A stretch of 64,000 bases of DNA. It comes from Candidatus Hodarchaeota archaeon (lineage in GTDB: Archaea; Asgardarchaeota; Lokiarchaeia; Sigyniarchaeales; SOKP01). The stretch covers positions 352,001-416,000 of the forward strand of contig JBHLJY010000001.1 of the NCBI GenBank assembly GCA_048887225.1. The letters are read 5' to 3'. Below the pieces are notes generated by a model. That model was not told the DNA's origin. It made no database searches and was given only the letters and a program-made list of their open reading frames with translations. This document shows positions 63,301 through 64,000 of the stretch, piece by piece. Within the stretch, counting starts at the first letter, position 1; the number at the start of each line of letters is the position of its first letter. Both the position numbers and the translations under genes were made by a program.

Positions 63301-64000
63301 AATTAAAGAATTTCATCGATAACAAGTTATTGAAGTTAGTAAGAGAGAGAATAGGGAAAATTTTAGCTCTATATGATTCCAGCATAAGAAACAGAACTTT
63401 AAGCGTAAATATGTTAGAACTTCAAAATCGAATAAGTGAGTTGAGTCTTGAAGAAATTGTAAGAGTTCAATTTACTAATAAAATCAAAGAACTCCAAATC
63501 GATCAAACAAGAATTGAATTTATTAAGACTAAAAATTATTTTGATTCTATTATAGAAAACCATAAATTAGCTATTAATTCAATAAAAAACAACCTTGAAC
63601 TTTTTGTTAATAAACAAAATTTTATAATTCAGGAATTTAATGATTTAAAAGCAGATTTAAACGAAAAAAATTCAAAAATTTTTGAAGTTATTGAAAAGGC
63701 ACATAAAGAATCGTATCTTAAAGTTAAGGAAAGTTTTAGAAATAAATGGAGAAAATTAGTCAATAAATTTGAACGAATTCAACAAAAAATTGAAGAAGAT
63801 TTAAGATCATCTTTAAGCAATATTAATGATTCAAATAAAATGGAGCCTGAACTTGTCGAGTTTTTTGTTAAAAATAAAAATACCTTTTTAAAAGAACTTG
63901 AAGAAAAAGGAGAAAAGATTAATGCTGAGATTATTATTTTGAAAGATGAAGCTTTCCGTGGAAGATTAATCAACTTCATTAACGAACGGAAGATACGTAT
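60309..64000 (+). CDS. Very large 3'-truncated protein: prenyltransferase-beta-like repeats, winged-helix/PCI-like segments, long coiled coils (not in ORF track)
   Basis: TTG at 60309 follows in-frame TAA 60300, and the same frame is open at the window end. Motifs GFKFSPYSNQKEPDIWSTYFALASMKLLG, FQKENGGFS...INTTFWLVYVL, and PCI-like TIKVIELKEELGL...IKEMIEISKLNAKLYD. Confidence 0.8.
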   Translation, partial: MIKENLIFKEDLVDGKSGYPYITIFKKEPFRSFILLRKREIGSFYIRKYEEVVEFYQFFNKNLLKNKFLNLENIYWFLLLRKYLKQEKKDNKNKLYDFIRKCEFTKGDILGFKFSPYSNQKEPDIWSTYFALASMKLLGVLKEFFASHGQKRVIRGIKNFITLHNKGDIFLHCLDKDCEICKKMSSARTLYFALEVLRFLGIDTRLSKDLFRSYLSDRKRDPSIVFKLLCLKLLDLDFNVNDKTLQYLHQFQKENGGFSFKKINGRINTTFWLVYVLDIYQWLLDYNPMGIYSFINFELNEILSNSSNRSPIRIMELSKLIILLSFIWKKFINNIERLLFKQLEQEKYVDLNQIKTSFGLTHGIEEVISYINKYYIFNLRILDNKVELNNYIRDFNQEKKAFVLDLYDKIKENSIVSFKKKYLKKIKSKYYPESFKLKEDIFPLIKDMIQRNFLKGKIIKRRFELDFLLDKIIVSDTEINTDRLFYEKDRLKEIKNDIFNMTLKLRNTSSQIKEEIESYLILGEINLAKERLMYVLRDALMEADFLNENIENSFNEELYFVNIQAIFESEITRWNKLYSILSKDLNETKSYLNEKIAEKEEIRNLNNTLENLDEKIFTFKESINKKFDEFKKNLREVSEKYTDDEFSILLQNFEKIREIVSEFDKKFYEISQKIITKEENIIQKRKDVVNNWIRQMKELDDEFNFYSDGFNFFREHLNKIDYLKNAIIQEIKPIKEKARIKTKESQFKEAFNVIKVESDSLLKIKTREIKDLQESVNKAIKSKQKLYLLYKQLQEKLDNLEEYLLKEIAQQIKSLKTKVVEERNRAKIEDFDNFTSQEISNFKSMLNNYKKSLDPLSDKNVNDVINGFDNIQNNFDEIDRLYSKKLKNCKDLVEDFNEKSNVTIIQWDNFKEYFYNTIDILKEELINNIITEKINSIANERKTNTIKVIELKEELGLKCRVLMKKIKEMIEISKLNAKLYDTEKCVLLYTPAYYKNKELKNFIDNKLLKLVRERIGKILALYDSSIRNRTLSVNMLELQNRISELSLEEIVRVQFTNKIKELQIDQTRIEFIKTKNYFDSIIENHKLAINSIKNNLELFVNKQNFIIQEFNDLKADLNEKNSKIFEVIEKAHKESYLKVKESFRNKWRKLVNKFERIQQKIEEDLRSSLSNINDSNKMEPELVEFFVKNKNTFLKELEEKGEKINAEIIILKDEAFRGRLINFINERKIR

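Overview
AT-rich (roughly 30% GC by eye) archaeal chromosomal segment, most consistent with an Asgard archaeon of the Lokiarchaeia type. This is inferred from TBP, a histone-fold protein, deoxyhypusine synthase, a longin-like gene, GGAGGTG Shine-Dalgarno sites, BRE-TATA promoters, Cys-tailed Lrp regulators and paired FAD/CCG oxidoreductases. Contents in order: a tandemly duplicated cell-surface protein locus (1-9.7 kb); lipid/organic-acid catabolism and ABC transporter genes; a complete trpDCFBAEG operon; a mixed stress/transcription region (histone, peroxiredoxin, CSP, TBP, truncated TFS); a GT4-GT4-GH130-GT4 cluster; dys/pdaD; a LysW-type amino-group carrier trio; a GC-rich katG; and a very large partial prenyltransferase-fold/PCI-like ORF missed by the ORF track. 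The top finding is an unannotated 23-codon leader ORF (22997-23068, MFRKNLNLKVPSSTWFWVWCWHA) upstream of trpD. It has four Trp codons embedded in RNA hairpins and is followed by a U-rich tract, making it a candidate ribosome-dependent trp attenuator in an archaeon. Other observations are probable non-AUG starts, short intergenic scars of trpG and peroxiredoxin, several unannotated small genes, and a small standalone GC-rich transcription unit. All functional calls come from motif recognition by eye; no database searches were run.
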